A stretch of DNA of 64,000 nucleotides, taken from IMG/VR virus record IMGVR_UViG_3300029448_000013, positions 1-64,000 of that record; one strand, written 5' to 3'. Position numbers and translations under genes: made by a program. This document shows, piece by piece, positions 1-11,011 of this stretch (position 1 is the stretch's first letter; each line of letters begins with the position of its first letter). The notes under the pieces were generated by a model. It saw only the letters and a program-made list of their open reading frames with translations. It had not been told where the DNA came from and searched no databases. This DNA comes from a virus.

Positions 1-3000
1 CTAAGTCGAATGGGTCAGCATCTGAACCCGGAGATATGTCAGAGTAGTTGATGTCTACGCTTGTATCTCCACTGTGAAACTTAATCTCTTCAGCATTTGA
101 TATAGAAACCTCAGTACCATCATCATCCTCTAGAACGAATGTCATTTGAGAAGTGATATATCCATAGTTCTCAATCTTCTCCTTGATTGCTTGGGAAGTC
201 ATTAGAGAAGTGTCATTGTCAGTAAATCCAGTATTTATTGTTGTAATTCTTGCACCACTACCACCAAATCTAACACCACTATCACTAATATCCATACGGT
301 TTGTAGAACCAGTGTGGAACTCTTGAGTATCATTTCCAAAAGCATGAGCATTACCTGAAGTCTTCAACACCTTGCTACCTACTGTAATAGCACCGTTACT
401 TACTAAAGCCGCAGCAGTTAATATTCCCGAAGTTGTATCATCAGCATCATTTTTTAGGAAAGCGTCATCTACATTTAATGTGTTTCCGCTTAGTGATATG
501 TTAGTACCTGCTGCTCTTTGTGTATTTGTGTTAGTGGTGAACGTTAGATTGTTCTGCATGTATGTCTTTAGTCTAGACATTGTTGCCTTTCTGTTAGTAC
601 CACCTGCACCATCATCCACTATCATTAGGTCAGCGTCTACTAATGCTGCTCCAATGTCCGTCATTCCGTCAATGTCTAGTGAGAATGTCTTGCCTGAGAG
701 ACCAATACCTCCACCTGAACCAACTGCTAGATGTTGAGTCACGTTGCTCTGTGCTATTCTACCATCAGCAAATGTGCCACTTGTAATCTTTGAAGTAGCC
801 AAGTTAGGGATGTCAGATGCTGCCAATCCATCATCTAGAATATTAATCTCAGCAAGTGAAGCGGTTATTCCTAGATTTGTTAGTGCATTACCCTGCTGAG
901 TTGAATTTAGTCCTTGGTTACTGACATCTATCCTCAATCTGTTTCCTAGAGAAGTTGCAGTTGTAGTAGAGAAACTAGCATCATCTCCTAGTGCTGCTGC
1001 AAGTTCATTTAGAGTGTTAAGAGCAGAAGGTGCTGAATCAACAATACCTGCTACTTCTGCATCAACGTATGCTTTGATGGATTGCTGGCTCGCTGCGGCT
1101 GTTGCACTATTGGAACTCATGTTGTCTTGGTCAAGTAGAGTCAATTGTGTATTTGCTGTCATGTCGTCCACAACAAAATTGATTCTACCGTTGGTATCAT
1201 CATAGGAGACTCCTATTCTTGTTTCTGTTCCAACAAGCATACCACCTACAATATCTTGAACCTGCTCAGTAGAGAGTTGTGTGTTAGTATCCGCCGTCAT
1301 ATCATCTACGACTAAATCGATAGTCCCGTCACCATCTTGATATGTGGCTGATATTCTCGTTTCGGTATTGCTACCAAACATAGCACCAACTATATCTTGT
1401 ACCTGTTCTGTGCTTAATTGAGTATTAGTATCTGTCTGTGCAGCAAATGATAGAGTCCCACTACCATCAGTAACTAATACTTGATTAGCAGAACCGTCAG
1501 AAGTAGGAAAAGTGTAGGCACTGTTTAATTGCATACCACTACTTGATAATCTAAGTCTTTCAGTGCCACCTGTTGCGAAAGCAAGAGTGTCACCTGTTGG
1601 GAAGAACATTCCAGTATTCAGGTCTGTTCTTCGTGTAAATGCAGGAGCAGATGCACTTCCATCTGTTGATGATGTCCATATTTGTGCAGAGGCTCTGCCT
1701 TGTGCAAAGAAAATGTCAGAACCTGTTCCTGAGCCAGCACCTAAACCAACACTGGTAGCACCACCGCTACCTACTTGGAATATAGTAGAGTCGCTACTAG
1801 CATCATGCACTTCAAAGGAACTACCAGTTCCAGTTTGTACCACCTTAAGCAAAGCCGCATCGCTTTCGTCTGAAATCAAGAACTGTTCTGAACCCGATGT
1901 CGCAGTGTAAGCATATCCTAAAGCAGCAACATCGATAGTTCCATCCCCGTCTTGATATGTAACAGTAGTATTCGTTTCAGTGTTTGAACTGAACATACCG
2001 CCTACAATGTCCTGTACTTGTTCTGTTGAGAGTTGAGTATTGTCATTAGCAGTCATATCGTCTACTACCAAATCAATTGTTCCGTCACCATCCTGATACG
2101 TTGCACTTATTCTTGTCTCGGTGTTTGAACCGAACATTCCTCCGACTATATCTTGAACCGCTTCTGTGGTAAGTTGAGTGTCAGAAGTTGATATTGTTCC
2201 ATTACCTGATGGTACTGTGAGATTACCTATACTGTTACCGTCACTTCCAACAAATGATAGAGTCACTCCACTAGAAGCGGCAGTGGCTGTTGTAACTCGT
2301 AGATTATTACTTGTCGCCCCTGATAATGCTATACTATTAGCAAGTTGCACATTACCTGCGACAGAACTAATTGTTACTGCTCCACCACCCTCACTGATTG
2401 CTATATTATTACCTGCTGTAAACGCAAGAGTTTCAGAAGCATCAAGTGTATTTCCACCTGCTGTAACAGTTCTTACATCACCACCGCCACTTGGAGACAC
2501 TACCCAAGTAAATCCGCCACTAGCAGAATCATAACTCAGTAAGTAATTATCAGTAGGAGAATTGGTAGCATTCAGATGAACTTCATCAATAGAAGCATCT
2601 GCTAACTGTGCGCTGTCAATTGCGTCATCAGCCATCAAAGCGTTTGTTATTTGGTCATCAGCAATCAATGCCGTTATGATAGCATCGTCTGCTATCTTCG
2701 CTGACGTAATAGCATCGTCTGCTATTCTTGCTGTTGCGAAAGTTCCTGACGTAATTTTAGACGCTGCTAAATTTGGTATATCAGATGCAGATAAGTTAGC
2801 ACTAAATGTCTTACCTGATAATGAAAGACCTGTTCCAGCAGCCAAATGCTGAGTAATATTTGATTCAGCAATTCTTGCGTCTGCAAAAGTTCCCGAAGTT
2901 ATTTTGCTTGTAGCAAGACTTGGTATTCTAGCAGTTCCTAATGTTCCACTTGTTATTTTGGAAGACGCTAAGTTTGGTATATCACTTGCTGCAAGCCCAT

Positions 3001-4294
3001 CGTCTAGTATGTTTATTTCTGCTAAGGAAGCGGTAATACCTAGATTTGTCAGGGCATTTCCTTGTTGGGTAGAAGTAAGTCCTTGATTACTAACGTCAAC
3101 TCTTAATCTGTTTCCTAACGATGTAGCGGTTGTTGTGGAGAAAGAAGCATCGTCACCAAGAGCAGCAGCGAGTTCGTTCAAGGTATTGAGAGCAGATGGT
3201 GATGAGTCTACTAGTCCTGCAACTTCGCTATCGACATATGCCTTTATCGACTGTTGACTAGCAGCAGCAGTTGCACTGTTAGTTGCAAAATTATCTTCGT
3301 CAAGTAATGTCAATTGAGTGTTTGCTGTCATGTCATCTACTACGAAATTAATCCTACCATTCGTATCATCATAGGTAACGCCGATTCTTGTTTCAGTACC
3401 TACTAACATTGCACCTACAATATCTTGAACTTGTTCTGTGGATAATTGTGTATTCGTATCAGCAGTCATGTCGTCAACGACTAAATCTATCGTTCCATCT
3501 CCATCTTCGTATGTTGCAGATATCCTAGTCTCAGTATTGCTTGAGAACATAGCACCGACAATATCCTGCACTTGTTCGGTGGTTAGTTGGGTATCAGAAA
3601 GAGAAATAGTACCGTTACTAGAGGGAATCGTAAGGTCACTAATCACATTGTTATCGCTACCAACAAAAGATAGAGTTGCTCCACTTGATGCTGCTGCTCC
3701 GGTTGTTACTCTAAGGTTAGTAGTAGTTGCTCCAATTAGTTGAACACTACTAGAAAGTGTCTTATCTCCTGTGGCGTTCAAGTCTATTGTTCCATCACTA
3801 TCCTCATATGTTGCTGAAATACCTGTTTCTGTATTAGAGGAAAACATTCCTCCAACTATATCTTGAACGTTCTCAGTAGTAAGAATAGTATCAGTAGTAA
3901 ATGTAAGGTTGCTCTGCATGTATGATTGTAGTACACTGACATCCATTTTCTTCAATGTACCAGCATCACTGAGAACCAATTCATCAGTAGAAGCAAGCCC
4001 ACTTGTCAACGCTGTTTGTCCTGTGATATCTCCTATCACGAAGTTAGATGCTCCTGAAGAAGCAAAGTTCTGTGCTGCTATGTAGTCGAAAACTGCATCA
4101 CCAGTAACTAGGTTAGCATTACCATCAGCAACTGAGCCAGTTGTTGCGGCTATCGTAGAATCAAATGACAAAGTTCCATCGTCATTGATTGTGATTGTCT
4201 TGGTTGCGTTATTAGCACCAGTAACTTCTATCTTTGGTTTTGCACTCTCTCCTGTGTTTGGTGTAATTAGAATGTCCTTATCTGAGTTAGCCAT
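1..4294 (-). CDS. Giant repeat-rich tail fibre protein (partial, runs off the window start; >=1431 aa)
   Basis: ATG at 4294 overlaps the TAA of the upstream fibre gene (TAATG) and reads MANSDKDILITPNTGESAKPKIEV. It is missing from the ORF track, consistent with no stop before base 1. It contains fibre repeats SAPSALNTLNELAAALGDDASF and TQLTTEQVQDIVGAMFSSNTETRISATYEDGDG. Confidence 0.85.
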   Translation of the reverse strand, partial: MANSDKDILITPNTGESAKPKIEVTGANNATKTITINDDGTLSFDSTIAATTGSVADGNANLVTGDAVFDYIAAQNFASSGASNFVIGDITGQTALTSGLASTDELVLSDAGTLKKMDVSVLQSYMQSNLTFTTDTILTTENVQDIVGGMFSSNTETGISATYEDSDGTIDLNATGDKTLSSSVQLIGATTTNLRVTTGAAASSGATLSFVGSDNNVISDLTIPSSNGTISLSDTQLTTEQVQDIVGAMFSSNTETRISATYEDGDGTIDLVVDDMTADTNTQLSTEQVQDIVGAMLVGTETRIGVTYDDTNGRINFVVDDMTANTQLTLLDEDNFATNSATAAASQQSIKAYVDSEVAGLVDSSPSALNTLNELAAALGDDASFSTTTATSLGNRLRVDVSNQGLTSTQQGNALTNLGITASLAEINILDDGLAASDIPNLASSKITSGTLGTARIPSLATSKITSGTFADARIAESNITQHLAAGTGLSLSGKTFSANLSASDIPNLAASKITSGTFATARIADDAITSAKIADDAIITALIADDQITNALMADDAIDSAQLADASIDEVHLNATNSPTDNYLLSYDSASGGFTWVVSPSGGGDVRTVTAGGNTLDASETLAFTAGNNIAISEGGGAVTISSVAGNVQLANSIALSGATSNNLRVTTATAASSGVTLSFVGSDGNSIGNLTVPSGNGTISTSDTQLTTEAVQDIVGGMFGSNTETRISATYQDGDGTIDLVVDDMTANDNTQLSTEQVQDIVGGMFSSNTETNTTVTYQDGDGTIDVAALGYAYTATSGSEQFLISDESDAALLKVVQTGTGSSFEVHDASSDSTIFQVGSGGATSVGLGAGSGTGSDIFFAQGRASAQIWTSSTDGSASAPAFTRRTDLNTGMFFPTGDTLAFATGGTERLRLSSSGMQLNSAYTFPTSDGSANQVLVTDGSGTLSFAAQTDTNTQLSTEQVQDIVGAMFGSNTETRISATYQDGDGTIDLVVDDMTADTNTQLSTEQVQDIVGGMLVGTETRIGVSYDDTNGRINFVVDDMTANTQLTLLDQDNMSSNSATAAASQQSIKAYVDAEVAGIVDSAPSALNTLNELAAALGDDASFSTTTATSLGNRLRIDVSNQGLNSTQQGNALTNLGITASLAEINILDDGLAASDIPNLATSKITSGTFADGRIAQSNVTQHLAVGSGGGIGLSGKTFSLDIDGMTDIGAALVDADLMIVDDGAGGTNRKATMSRLKTYMQNNLTFTTNTNTQRAAGTNISLSGNTLNVDDAFLKNDADDTTSGILTAAALVSNGAITVGSKVLKTSGNAHAFGNDTQEFHTGSTNRMDISDSGVRFGGSGARITTINTGFTDNDTSLMTSQAIKEKIENYGYITSQMTFVLEDDDGTEVSISNAEEIKFHSGDTSVDINYSDISPGSDADPFDL

Positions 4295-7200
4295 TAGTAT
4301 TCAACCTCCATCTTTCCAACATCCTTTCTCTCACCGTGTATTATGTAGAAACAGTCAACACCCTCGTCTGCTGCATTACCTACGAACACACGATTGTCTT
4401 CTATCTTTTCTACATATAACATTTGGAACTCACCGTTTGCAGTTAATTGTACTGTGATTGTATCTTCATCAACTAGTTCCTTCCAATACTCAGGAAGGTC
4501 GATTGATACACCCATATTGTCGCTACCTGTTATTCTACCTCTATGATATACACCATGTTCCGGCCCTTCAAGAGAACCGTGTTGTAGAGTCTTACCTTCT
4601 TGGGTAGGATGTGGAATTACGAAAGACTTAGTTTGAGCAGCAAATGAGCCTTCTACTTGTAGTTTATATCCGGGGGTTGCTGTACCAATACCAACACGAT
4701 TGTTGGTCGTATCTATCTTAAATGTGGTAGTGTCTACTACTACATCACCTGATACAGTTAGAGCAGATAATGTTCCTACGCTTGTTATTCCTGACTGTGC
4801 TGCGTCAACATTCAGTGTATCTCCACTTAGAGTTATTCCTGTTCCAGCAGTTAGGTTAGTATCATCTGAGATATCTATTGGGTCTACTGTAATTGCCTGA
4901 CCACTGATACTCAAGTAGTTCCCACTACCTGTGAGTGTAACGTTTGTTGAGTTATCAGTTCCAGCAGCATCGACTCCTAATGCACTTCTAGCCGCAGATG
5001 CAGAAGTTGCTCCTGTTCCCCCTAATGTAAGAGGCACTGTACCCGCAGTGATTGCTTGACCCGATAGACTGAGATAGTTGTTTGATACAGTTGCAAGAGT
5101 TACATTTGTTGAGTTATCTGTTCCTGCGACATCTACATTCAAGTTAGTTCTAGCATTAGATTGCTGTGTTCCACTAAGTCCTTGTGAAGCGGTATCTACT
5201 CTAAGCCTATTACCTAATGCAGTGGTAACTGTTGAAGAAAAAGTAGCATCGTCATTTATCGCTGCTGCTAATTCATTGAGTGTATTCAATGCACCCGGAG
5301 CAGAATCTACTAGACTTGCTACCTCAGTGTCAACATAAGTCTTGATTGATTGTTGAGTAGCAAGATGTGTTGCTGAGTTAGAAGCCATATTGTCTTCGTC
5401 TTTCACTGGAACTACGAAGTCAAGCGTTCCATCTCCGTCTTCATATGTGACACTAATGAATGTCTCAGTGTTACCTGTAACCATTCCACCAACGAAATCC
5501 TCTACATTTTCTTGAGACAATTGAGTATTGGTGTTAGTAGAACTGAAATCCAACTTACCGTTTGTGTCATCATAAGTTACAGTCATGTTGGTCTCAGTAT
5601 TACTGCTTACCATAGCACCTACGATATCTTCTACCTGTTCTGTTGTCAACTGAGTGTTAGTGTCAGTGGATGCTATTGTTAGTGTACCACTTGCGTCATC
5701 ATAAGTCTTTGACACATTACTTCCTGCTACTACTAAGTTAGCAACAATATCCTCAATTTCCTCTTGTGTTTTTCCAGTGGAAGCGATGGTTAGAGTACCT
5801 GCTGAATCATCATATGTTTTGGTTATGTTAGTTCCAGCAACAATTACTCCGTTCACGAAGTCTTCTACCTGCTCTTGAGTTAGTTGAGTGTTAGTGTTAG
5901 TATCAGTAGATGCAATAGTAACTGCTCCATTACTTTCAGTAATAGTTACATTAGAACCAGCAGTAAATGCTAGTGTCTCACTGCTTGCTAAGGTGTTACC
6001 ACCTGCTGTGACTGTTCTTACCGCAGTAATGTATGAATCTAAATCACTTATTTGTGATTCAGTAATTGACAACGCTGCTTGGTGTTGTGTTACACTTCCC
6101 GCAGATATTCTTGCATTAGCAAATGTTCCTGAAGTAATCTTACTAGTGGCGAGACTCGGTATCCTTGCAGTACCTAACGTACCGCTTGTTATCTTAGAAG
6201 CAGCAAGACTTGGTATGTCGCTTGCAGATAATCCGTCATCTAGTATGTTTATCTCTGCTAGGCTTGCAGTTATTCCCAAGTTTGTTATTGCGTTGCCTTG
6301 CTGTGTTGCTGAAAGACCCTGACTGTCAGTATCTACTCTGAGTCTGTTGCCTAGTGAAGTGGATGTTGTAGTCGCAAAGTTAGCGTCATCACCAAGAGCA
6401 GCCGCTAGTTCATTTAACGTGTCAAGTGCGGCAGGAGCAGAAGAAATTACCCCTGCTACTTCTGTGTCAACATATGCTTTTATTGACTGCTGACTGGCTA
6501 CCTTTGTTGCTGAGTTAGAAGCCATGTTATCCTCGTCTAACAAGTCAGAGGAAATTGAGTAGTTGTTAGCACTAGCAGCAATACCGTTTAGTTTCGTGTG
6601 GTCTGCATCTGTGAATACGTTTGAGTCTGATGCAGATTCAACTAGAGTTCTAATTTCTGCGGCAGTTTGGTCGGCAGTAGCACCAGCCTCAATTGCTGCC
6701 AGTTTATCGAATTGAGTGTCTGTCATTAATCCATGAGCAGATGTGGTAGCATCAGGTAATGTGGCCGTAAATGTCGTACTGTCTGATTTAGTGAGTGTGA
6801 GAGTTCCTTCACTAAATGCTGCGGAGGTAACTGGTTGAGCAGAAGAATCAATTATGATTCTCTCGTTGATTCTAGTGACGGTGACGTTAGAACTACCTTC
6901 AAAGTTGACAGAAGTAAAACTTCCATCAGTTCCAGTGAGTTTCAGTCTCTTTGTATTAGTGCTTCCAGTATCTTCTACACTGAATGCATATTGTGTATCA
7001 TTTGCATCAAATGAAACTAAATCGACATAACTCTTCACAGCCTTTGCAGATGGGATAGTATCGTGGCTACCACTTACGGCAGTGATATCTGTATCTAAAG
7101 CAGTTATTCCAGCAAGGTCTGCGATGGTGGTAGATGTGGTTAGATAGTTACCAGCCGCTTGTTTACCATTTAATTGAGTTTGAATCGATGATGTTACCCC

Positions 7201-10200
7201 GTTTAGATGGCTAATCTCAGCAGCAGATACTCCTGTCACACCATCTAGGATGTTTATCTCTGCGGCAGAAGCAGTGATACTTAGGTCACTTAGATTTTCT
7301 ACTTTAGCACTCAAGGCTGCTGGTAATCCTGTAACTTTGCTTTGTGCAATAGCCAAGAGTTTGTCATTTGAGATAGAACCAGCAAGTTGTGCATCACTTA
7401 TTCCTCCTGATTTTACACTTACTGCTCCACTACTCACATCAAAGTCAGCACTGGCGAAAGACGCTACACCCTTGTTAGATGAAGTAGCCTCTTCAGCATC
7501 TATTGTTAGTGTACCACTAGAATCATTGTAAGTAGTGGTTATTCCTTCGCCATCAGTAAATAATGCATTGACCCTATCATCTACCCTCTCATCAGTGTAA
7601 TACAGATTCGCTCCTTCAGCCACATTTGCACTTGTGAGTGTAATACTACCACCCAAAGCAACAGTGCTACCGTTAACAGTGACAGATGAGTTAGTTAATT
7701 TGCTGTTTGCTATGCTTCCGGCTAGTTGAGCATTGGTTACTGAGATATTAGATACGTTGGTTGCAAAGTTTGCTCCTGCTGTTGCACCTGCTGCTATTCC
7801 TGCTAACTTAGTATTCAAAGCAGATGTGAAGTTGACATCTGATTGACTATCGGCAGACAGCACTCCTGTTCCTGCATTAATCGTTAGGTTACTACCTACC
7901 TTTATTCCACCAAGAGTAGATGCTGAAGCATGAGCAAGATTGAAACTATTAGCACCCGCCTCTATTCCATCTAACTTAGATTTCAATGTATTGGTGAAGT
8001 TATTTTGTGATAAGCCTCCATCTCCTACACTGTATGTTGTATCAGTCACACTTTCAGTTGCTGAAGTCAGGTTAGTTATGTGTCCATGAGAATCTAGTGT
8101 TATTGACTGAATGTAAGTTCTGCTTCCTGAGTTATCAACAGTGCTGGCTGCACCGGGAACGGTGGGGTGTGCTGTAAGGAATCCACTGTTGCTGTTGTCA
8201 TAGTTAGCCAAGTCTCCATCCACATTCAAAGTGTCCCCACTTAATGTGATACGGTCTCCGTCAACTAAGTTAGTATCATCCGATATATCTACAACACCAA
8301 GAGTAATTTGTTGACCGTTCAGCGTTAGGTAGTTTCTACTTCCTGCCAATGTAACGTTGGTTGAGTTGTCTGTTCCACTGACATCTACACTCAGAAGAGA
8401 CCTAGCAGCAGAAGCAGAAAGGGTTTCAACAGAACCAGTGTTACTACTAGTTCTTCCAAGTATAACACCTGAGTCTACATTCTGTATCTTGTCGAATGTA
8501 ACTGCATCATCTGCTATTCTTGCAGTGGCAAATGTTCCACTAGTAATCTTGCTTGCAGCGAGGTTAGGAATACGAGCGTCTGCGAATGCTCCACTGGTTA
8601 TCTTACTTGCTGCTAAGTTCGGTATGTCTGATGCTGCGAGTTGAGCAAAGACATTTGAGAGGTTGATTTTCTTTAGTCCACTACCAGTATCATTATACAT
8701 CAAGAAATCATTTGTCTTGTGTATCCCATTTTCAGTGCTTAGTTCAGTAATATCTACGTTTATTGTTGCTCCTGAGTTAGATAATCCTGAGCCGTAAGTC
8801 AAGGCTGCTTGCTTACCTGCTAAATCTGAGGTTAGGTTTGTTATCTTAGACTGAGCAATGCTTCCTGCTAGTTTTGCATTCGTAACTGCACTATCAACTA
8901 TTACAGCAGTACCTACTGCGTTATTTGCCATTAGAGCAGCCGTGATTTGGTCATCTGCAACGTGAGCAGTTAGAACTGCGTCATCTGCAATCTTTGCAGA
9001 GGTCACTGAGTCATCTGCTAGTTTAGTAGTAGTGACATTAGAATTTGCAATCTTATCAGTTGTTACACTTAGATTTGCTAGTTGTGTAGTGCCTACTGAC
9101 CCATCTGAAATCTCAGTTGCACCGACAGTATTTGCACCAATCGCAGTAGATAGAGTAACATTTCCTGTTCCATCAAAAGAGACCGCACTAGCAGTTACAT
9201 CACCTGATAGTGCAAAGTTTCTAGCGTTTGCTAAGGCAGTGGTAGACGATACAGTTCCTGTTAGGTTTCCAATGAATGTCCCTGCAACGAATGTCTCAGA
9301 ACCAACTGTCCATCTATCTGCACTCTCATCCCAAAATAATGTCTTGTTGGTTTGGTTTCCTCTCTCTACTTCTATACCAGCATCTTGTGATGGTGTGCCT
9401 GTCTCGTCTGAGTTTAAGGTGATTATACTGTCACCTATGTTAACAGTGTTTGAAAGAGTAGTGGTTGTTGTGCCACTAACAGTCAAATCGCCACCGATAG
9501 TCAGATTTCCCACACTGATATTGTCGCTTGAATCACCAAGGCTGAAAGTTCCTAGATTCACATTATGCAAAGCAGTCTTCACATTGTCTGTATCTGTAAC
9601 ATCTGCACTTGCTTCTATACCAAGCATGGTCACTAGATTGGCAGGGGATATCTCCTCTATGTTTCCTGCACCTGAAGAGTCCCTTCCAAGTATTCTGTTT
9701 GTAGCAGATACGTTTTGCATCTTGGCATATGTGATTGCATCGTTAGCCACATCTGCTGTCGCTATTGTTGCATCTGCTATCATTGCTGATGTGACTTGTA
9801 CCTCTTCTACTGTTCCTGTGGAAGACTTACCTAGAACTCGATTTGCTGTGCCGATGTCTTGTATCTTATCATAGGTTACTGCGTCACTTGCAATCTTAGC
9901 AGTAGTTACATTGTTATCTGCAATCTTAGCAGTCGTCACGTTTGAGTCAACAATGCTTGCTGTAACAACAGCACTGGATGCTAACTTAGCCGCAGTCACT
10001 GCATCATCTGCTAAATTGCTTGTTCCTAAGTTAGATATCTCACTGGTTAAGGCTAGTGTTCCTGTGCTAGAAGGTAATGTAATAGTAGCAGAACCCTTGG
10101 TTAGTGTTCCATCATTATTGATTCGCATTGTCTCAGAACCACTGTTGATTGCAGAGAACTGCCGGGTTGATTGTGGATAGAATAGAAACTGATGTAGTCT

Positions 10201-10650
10201 ATCCGTAGCATCGTTTGCATCTCCTGTATCTACCTTTATCACAATCAATGGTATGTCTGCCGTTGCTAGTTCTGCAACAGTCGCTGCACCAGTGGTTGCC
10301 TTTCCAGTAACAGCACCATGTCTCCATGCTAAGACATTTGATGAGGTTACTACAATCACACCATACCAATCATTAGAGTTAGGAGCAATAGTAGCAGTGG
10401 TCGTTGTTAACGTAGCACCTGATACGCTAACTAACTTACCATCTCTCAGAACTTTACCTGCTGCCACTTGAAACGAACTAGTTGTTCCTCCATCAACTTG
10501 TGTTAGTCCGAATCCATCTATTCCTCTGTTCTCACCAGTGGCAGCGTGTAGTGCCTTGATGATTCCTGAGTGTATATTGTCTGTGTTATCCTTCAGTTGT
10601 GCAGTTGGATTGGTCGCTAGTGTTGAAATTATACCCGGATTTGTCGTCAT
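4294..10650 (-). CDS. Long tail fibre protein (2118 aa) with C-terminal chaperone-like domain
   Basis: Repeats VTTAKIAD and SAPAALDTLNELAAALGDDANF (classic fibre motif), and IPSLAASKITSG. The C-terminus VGIGT...KSFVIPHP...LEGPEHGVYHRG is typical of fibre ends in marine viruses. Confidence 0.85.
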   Translation of the reverse strand: MTTNPGIISTLATNPTAQLKDNTDNIHSGIIKALHAATGENRGIDGFGLTQVDGGTTSSFQVAAGKVLRDGKLVSVSGATLTTTTATIAPNSNDWYGVIVVTSSNVLAWRHGAVTGKATTGAATVAELATADIPLIVIKVDTGDANDATDRLHQFLFYPQSTRQFSAINSGSETMRINNDGTLTKGSATITLPSSTGTLALTSEISNLGTSNLADDAVTAAKLASSAVVTASIVDSNVTTAKIADNNVTTAKIASDAVTYDKIQDIGTANRVLGKSSTGTVEEVQVTSAMIADATIATADVANDAITYAKMQNVSATNRILGRDSSGAGNIEEISPANLVTMLGIEASADVTDTDNVKTALHNVNLGTFSLGDSSDNISVGNLTIGGDLTVSGTTTTTLSNTVNIGDSIITLNSDETGTPSQDAGIEVERGNQTNKTLFWDESADRWTVGSETFVAGTFIGNLTGTVSSTTALANARNFALSGDVTASAVSFDGTGNVTLSTAIGANTVGATEISDGSVGTTQLANLSVTTDKIANSNVTTTKLADDSVTSAKIADDAVLTAHVADDQITAALMANNAVGTAVIVDSAVTNAKLAGSIAQSKITNLTSDLAGKQAALTYGSGLSNSGATINVDITELSTENGIHKTNDFLMYNDTGSGLKKINLSNVFAQLAASDIPNLAASKITSGAFADARIPNLAASKITSGTFATARIADDAVTFDKIQNVDSGVILGRTSSNTGSVETLSASAARSLLSVDVSGTDNSTNVTLAGSRNYLTLNGQQITLGVVDISDDTNLVDGDRITLSGDTLNVDGDLANYDNSNSGFLTAHPTVPGAASTVDNSGSRTYIQSITLDSHGHITNLTSATESVTDTTYSVGDGGLSQNNFTNTLKSKLDGIEAGANSFNLAHASASTLGGIKVGSNLTINAGTGVLSADSQSDVNFTSALNTKLAGIAAGATAGANFATNVSNISVTNAQLAGSIANSKLTNSSVTVNGSTVALGGSITLTSANVAEGANLYYTDERVDDRVNALFTDGEGITTTYNDSSGTLTIDAEEATSSNKGVASFASADFDVSSGAVSVKSGGISDAQLAGSISNDKLLAIAQSKVTGLPAALSAKVENLSDLSITASAAEINILDGVTGVSAAEISHLNGVTSSIQTQLNGKQAAGNYLTTSTTIADLAGITALDTDITAVSGSHDTIPSAKAVKSYVDLVSFDANDTQYAFSVEDTGSTNTKRLKLTGTDGSFTSVNFEGSSNVTVTRINERIIIDSSAQPVTSAAFSEGTLTLTKSDSTTFTATLPDATTSAHGLMTDTQFDKLAAIEAGATADQTAAEIRTLVESASDSNVFTDADHTKLNGIAASANNYSISSDLLDEDNMASNSATKVASQQSIKAYVDTEVAGVISSAPAALDTLNELAAALGDDANFATTTSTSLGNRLRVDTDSQGLSATQQGNAITNLGITASLAEINILDDGLSASDIPSLAASKITSGTLGTARIPSLATSKITSGTFANARISAGSVTQHQAALSITESQISDLDSYITAVRTVTAGGNTLASSETLAFTAGSNVTITESNGAVTIASTDTNTNTQLTQEQVEDFVNGVIVAGTNITKTYDDSAGTLTIASTGKTQEEIEDIVANLVVAGSNVSKTYDDASGTLTIASTDTNTQLTTEQVEDIVGAMVSSNTETNMTVTYDDTNGKLDFSSTNTNTQLSQENVEDFVGGMVTGNTETFISVTYEDGDGTLDFVVPVKDEDNMASNSATHLATQQSIKTYVDTEVASLVDSAPGALNTLNELAAAINDDATFSSTVTTALGNRLRVDTASQGLSGTQQSNARTNLNVDVAGTDNSTNVTLATVSNNYLSLSGQAITAGTVPLTLGGTGATSASAARSALGVDAAGTDNSTNVTLTGSGNYLSISGQAITVDPIDISDDTNLTAGTGITLSGDTLNVDAAQSGITSVGTLSALTVSGDVVVDTTTFKIDTTNNRVGIGTATPGYKLQVEGSFAAQTKSFVIPHPTQEGKTLQHGSLEGPEHGVYHRGRITGSDNMGVSIDLPEYWKELVDEDTITVQLTANGEFQMLYVEKIEDNRVFVGNAADEGVDCFYIIHGERKDVGKMEVEY

Positions 10651-11009
10651 TAATTACCCACCTCTACTCTAACTGTAAACGAAACTGTGTCTCCACTTGC
10701 TACAACACCAGTATTCGTGAAGGTGACTCGGCTCAATAACGTGCCGTTTCCGTTTGTAGTACCCGATTTGAAAATGCCTAATTCTGAAACTCCTGATGGT
10801 GGTATCTGCGACCCTGTAAAACTCACGTTGTAAACTAAAGTAGAACCCACCACTGTCGGTGTTTGTGTTGATGGGTGTTGAAAGACGAAGTTATTCAACC
10901 CTGTTTGGCTTGCTGATGTACTGTCACCACCATCACCTATTGCAATAATATTGAAATCTCCTGCTATCAATGTCGCTATTCTGCTTGTTCCTTCATTTAC
11001 CACTGTCAT
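10650..11009 (-). CDS. Small tail protein (fibre-attachment/baseplate-like)
   Basis: IAIGDG...SELGIF...LLSRVTF pattern resembles fibre N-terminal/attachment domains; lies between the tail tip and fibre genes. Confidence 0.65.
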   Translation of the reverse strand: MTVVNEGTSRIATLIAGDFNIIAIGDGGDSTSASQTGLNNFVFQHPSTQTPTVVGSTLVYNVSFTGSQIPPSGVSELGIFKSGTTNGNGTLLSRVTFTNTGVVASGDTVSFTVRVEVGN

Positions 11010-11011
11010 TT

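Noticed and set aside
1-10650. Diversity-generating retroelement acting on the fibre repeats
   Set aside because: No reverse transcriptase in the window, and the repeat differences do not look adenine-specific.
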